From: Mycolicibacterium smegmatis
Lineage (GTDB): Bacteria; Actinomycetota; Actinomycetes; Mycobacteriales; Mycobacteriaceae
Assembly: GCF_001457595.1 (NCBI RefSeq)
Contig: NZ_LN831039.1
Coordinates: forward strand, 1,350,001 to 1,382,000
DNA: 32,000 nucleotides
Direction of reading: 5' to 3'
This document shows positions 30,709 through 32,000 of this stretch, piece after piece. Position numbers and translations under genes: made by a program. The notes below the pieces were generated by a model. It did not search any database. It was not told the DNA's origin and saw nothing but the letters and a program-made list of their open reading frames with translations. How positions within the stretch are numbered: the first letter of the stretch is position 1; every line of letters begins with the position of its first letter.

Positions 30709-30995
30709 TCACGCGGCCTGACTGGCCGGTGTGGTCATGATGGCTTCGAATTCGATCGGGGTCAACCGCCCAAGTCCGGCTTGTCGCCGGCGGCGATGGT
30801 AGGTCCGTTCGATCCAGGTGACGATCGCGATCCGCAACTCTTCTCGTGTGCTCCAGCGGCGGCGATCGAGCACGTTCTTCTGGAGCAGGGCGAGGAAGCT
30901 CTCCATGGCCGCATTGTCGCCGGCCGCGCCTACGCGGCCCATCGATCCGACCATCTCGTAGCGGCCGAGTGCGTGGACGAATCTTCGTGACCTGA
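30709..30995 (-). pseudogene. C-terminal remnant of another IS3-family transposase
   Basis: FRSRRFVHALGRYEMVGSMGRVGAAGDNAAMESFLALLQKNVLDRRRWSTREELRIAIVTWIERTYHRRRRQAGLGRLTPIEFEAIM. Integrase C-terminal motif without the upstream domain; truncated near about 30995-31005. Confidence 0.75.
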
Positions 30996-31006
30996 ATTGG
31001 GCGGAT

Positions 31007-32000
31007 TCAATCGGTGGTCGCAACACCGGCTTGATGAAGTGAGTGTAGGTGTTCGGCGAAGGCTTCCGCGGGAGTGCGCCAGCCGAGGGTTTTCCGCGGC
31101 CTGGTGTTGAGGGTATGGGCGATCGCTGCCACGTCCTCGGCCGACCATCTTGAGAGGTCGGTCCCTTTTGGAAAGTATTGGCGTAACAGGCCATTGGTGT
31201 TCTCATTGGTACCGCGCTGCCACGGACTCTTCGGATCAGCGAAGAACACCTTGACTCCGGAGGCGACCGAGAACTGGGCGTGCGCCGACAGTTCCTTGCC
31301 CCGGTCCCAGGTCAACGACCGACGCAGTTGCGCGGGCAACGTGGTGATCGTCTGTTCCAGAGCGTTGGCCATCGTGATGGCGCCATAGCCGGCCAACGCC
31401 GGCCCGTTCTTGGTCCGCGGAATTATCCCGTAACCAACTTCACGTGGCAGATGGACCAGCATGGTGAACCGGCTGCTGCGCTCGACCAGCGTGCCGATTG
31501 CACTGCGCTGCAAGCCAATCAGGAGATCACCCTCCCAATGTCCGGGAACAGCGCGATCATCGACCTCGGGTGGGCGTTGGCTGATCAACGTCTCAGGGGT
31601 GACATGGGCCCACGCCTTGGACCGCGTTCGTGCCCGCGGTACCCGCAGTGCCCGGCCTCGGCGCAGGCAGCTGACCAGATCCCGCTTCAGCGCACCGCGA
31701 GATTCGACGTACAGCGCTTGATAGATGGCCTCGTGGCTGATCCGCATAGTCACATCATCGGGGAAGTCCAGCGGGAGCCGTCGAGCGATCTGTTCTGGAC
31801 TCCATGCCTGCACCCAGGCCCGATCACCCCGGTGCGGCTTGTTGCGTCCCTTCCACGGGGCGGCGGCGGGACCGACGATGACCTGGCCATCAGCGCCGCG
31901 AACGACGCCGGACAGTTTGTCCTGGACGTACTGACGCAGCCGGTCGTTGCTAACGAGCTTGGCGGTCTTGGGGCGGCGGGCGCGCCGCTCGGCGTGCCAC
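31007..32000 (-). CDS. IS30-family transposase, N-terminus beyond the window
   Basis: GDRAWVQAWSPEQIARRLPLDFPDDVTMRISHEAIYQALYVESRGALKRDL...GHWEGDLLIG...VERSSRFTMLVHL...LTWDRGKELSAHAQF...FFADPKSPWQRGTNENTNGLLRQYFPKGTDLS. The minus-strand frame has no stop up to base 32000. Confidence 0.92.
   Translation of the reverse strand, partial: WHAERRARRPKTAKLVSNDRLRQYVQDKLSGVVRGADGQVIVGPAAAPWKGRNKPHRGDRAWVQAWSPEQIARRLPLDFPDDVTMRISHEAIYQALYVESRGALKRDLVSCLRRGRALRVPRARTRSKAWAHVTPETLISQRPPEVDDRAVPGHWEGDLLIGLQRSAIGTLVERSSRFTMLVHLPREVGYGIIPRTKNGPALAGYGAITMANALEQTITTLPAQLRRSLTWDRGKELSAHAQFSVASGVKVFFADPKSPWQRGTNENTNGLLRQYFPKGTDLSRWSAEDVAAIAHTLNTRPRKTLGWRTPAEAFAEHLHSLHQAGVATTD

Overview
This is a high-GC actinobacterial window; codon usage and gene families look mycobacterial (Mycolicibacterium-like). 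It reads as ordinary metabolic backbone with accessory DNA at both ends. Left edge: a type VII secretion-associated gene pair (EspC-like plus the start of a large WxG-type substrate, minus strand) with a complete IS1380-family element (1113-2807, 4-bp CTAG target duplication) inserted just upstream. Next come an orphan XRE/HipB-like regulator with two tandem 18-bp palindromes upstream and a DUF2786 protein. Middle: a sulfate-ester-scavenging-like cluster with a formylglycine-generating enzyme, GntR regulator, Cys-type sulfatase, NitT/TauT-type ABC transporter and SulP/STAS transporter. It also contains a complete extra GyrB paralogue and a DUF202 pair. Right half: a tight 10-kb four-gene operon at 17780-27751. 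It encodes a DUF499-type ATPase, an uncharacterised 160-aa protein, a DUF1156-type DNA methylase and a SNF2-like helicase with an N-terminal phospholipase-D-like nuclease domain. This matches Hma-like (helicase/methylase/ATPase) anti-phage loci and is the most interesting system here. It is followed by an IS cluster: one IS3-family element inserted in another's orfB, with a GACC duplication and exact in-frame reconstitution of the host ORF. Beyond that lie an IS3 remnant and an IS30-family transposase running off the right edge. All family assignments come from reading motifs; no database search was run.
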